A stretch of 5,995 bases of DNA from Octopus sinensis (taxonomy: Eukaryota), in assembly GCF_006345805.1 (NCBI RefSeq), contig NW_021829782.1:1-5995 (forward strand). The letters are read 5' to 3'. The notes below the pieces were generated by a model. It saw only the letters and a list, made by a program, of their open reading frames with translations. It ran no database searches and had not been told where the DNA came from. How positions within the stretch are numbered: the stretch's first letter is position 1; every line of letters begins with the position of its first letter. The position numbers were made by a program, and so were the translations under genes. Positions 5,933 through 5,995 of the stretch are shown here, in pieces.

Positions 5933-5995
5933 AACAAGGACAAAATTTCTTCTTAAGAAAAATACATATTCAAATAAGTAAAACTAATATCATGA
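5933..5995 (+). repeat. Right arm of inverted repeat (inverted 5' pLTR copy), truncated by the window edge
   Basis: Reverse complement of 5168-5232; ends AATATCATGA, the start of the hammerhead motif. Confidence 0.92.

Larger units (their letters stand above)
5090..5995 (-). mobile_element. 5'-truncated Penelope-like retroelement: GIY-YIG frame, 3' pseudo-LTR with hammerhead and inverted 5' pLTR copy
   Basis: GIY-YIG frame 5930-5469, hammerhead signature CGAAACCGGTC (minus, 5157-5147) and inverted repeat 5168-5232 vs 5933-5995. The 3' boundary at about 5090 is approximate, and the element runs off the window. Confidence 0.88.

Noticed and set aside
5168-5995. DNA transposon TIRs capturing a nuclease gene
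   Set aside because: The arm contains the PLE hammerhead and lies in the 3' UTR of a PLE-type endonuclease, so an inverted pLTR explains it better.

Overview
Eukaryotic, AT-rich, microsatellite-dense DNA made almost entirely of nested and fragmented transposable elements. The repeat families resemble those I recall from Octopus/cephalopod genomes; this is recognition from memory, not a database result. No host gene exon is supported, and nearly all ORFs in the track are microsatellite or SINE artefacts. The main signal is at the right end (about 5090-5995, minus strand): a 5'-truncated Penelope-like retroelement (PLE). It has an open 153-codon frame encoding a Cys linker and a GIY-YIG endonuclease, a 3' pseudo-LTR (pLTR) and an inverted pLTR copy at its 5' junction. 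The pLTR carries a minimal type-I hammerhead ribozyme fold whose C3:G8 core pair is replaced by a compensatory A3:U8 pair. The rest of the window holds a Tc1/mariner-pogo-type MITE with a full tRNA-derived SINE inside it, five copies or fragments of one SINE family (A), four of a second (B, three of them head-to-tail), a nest of (ATT)n-tailed retroelements and many simple repeats.
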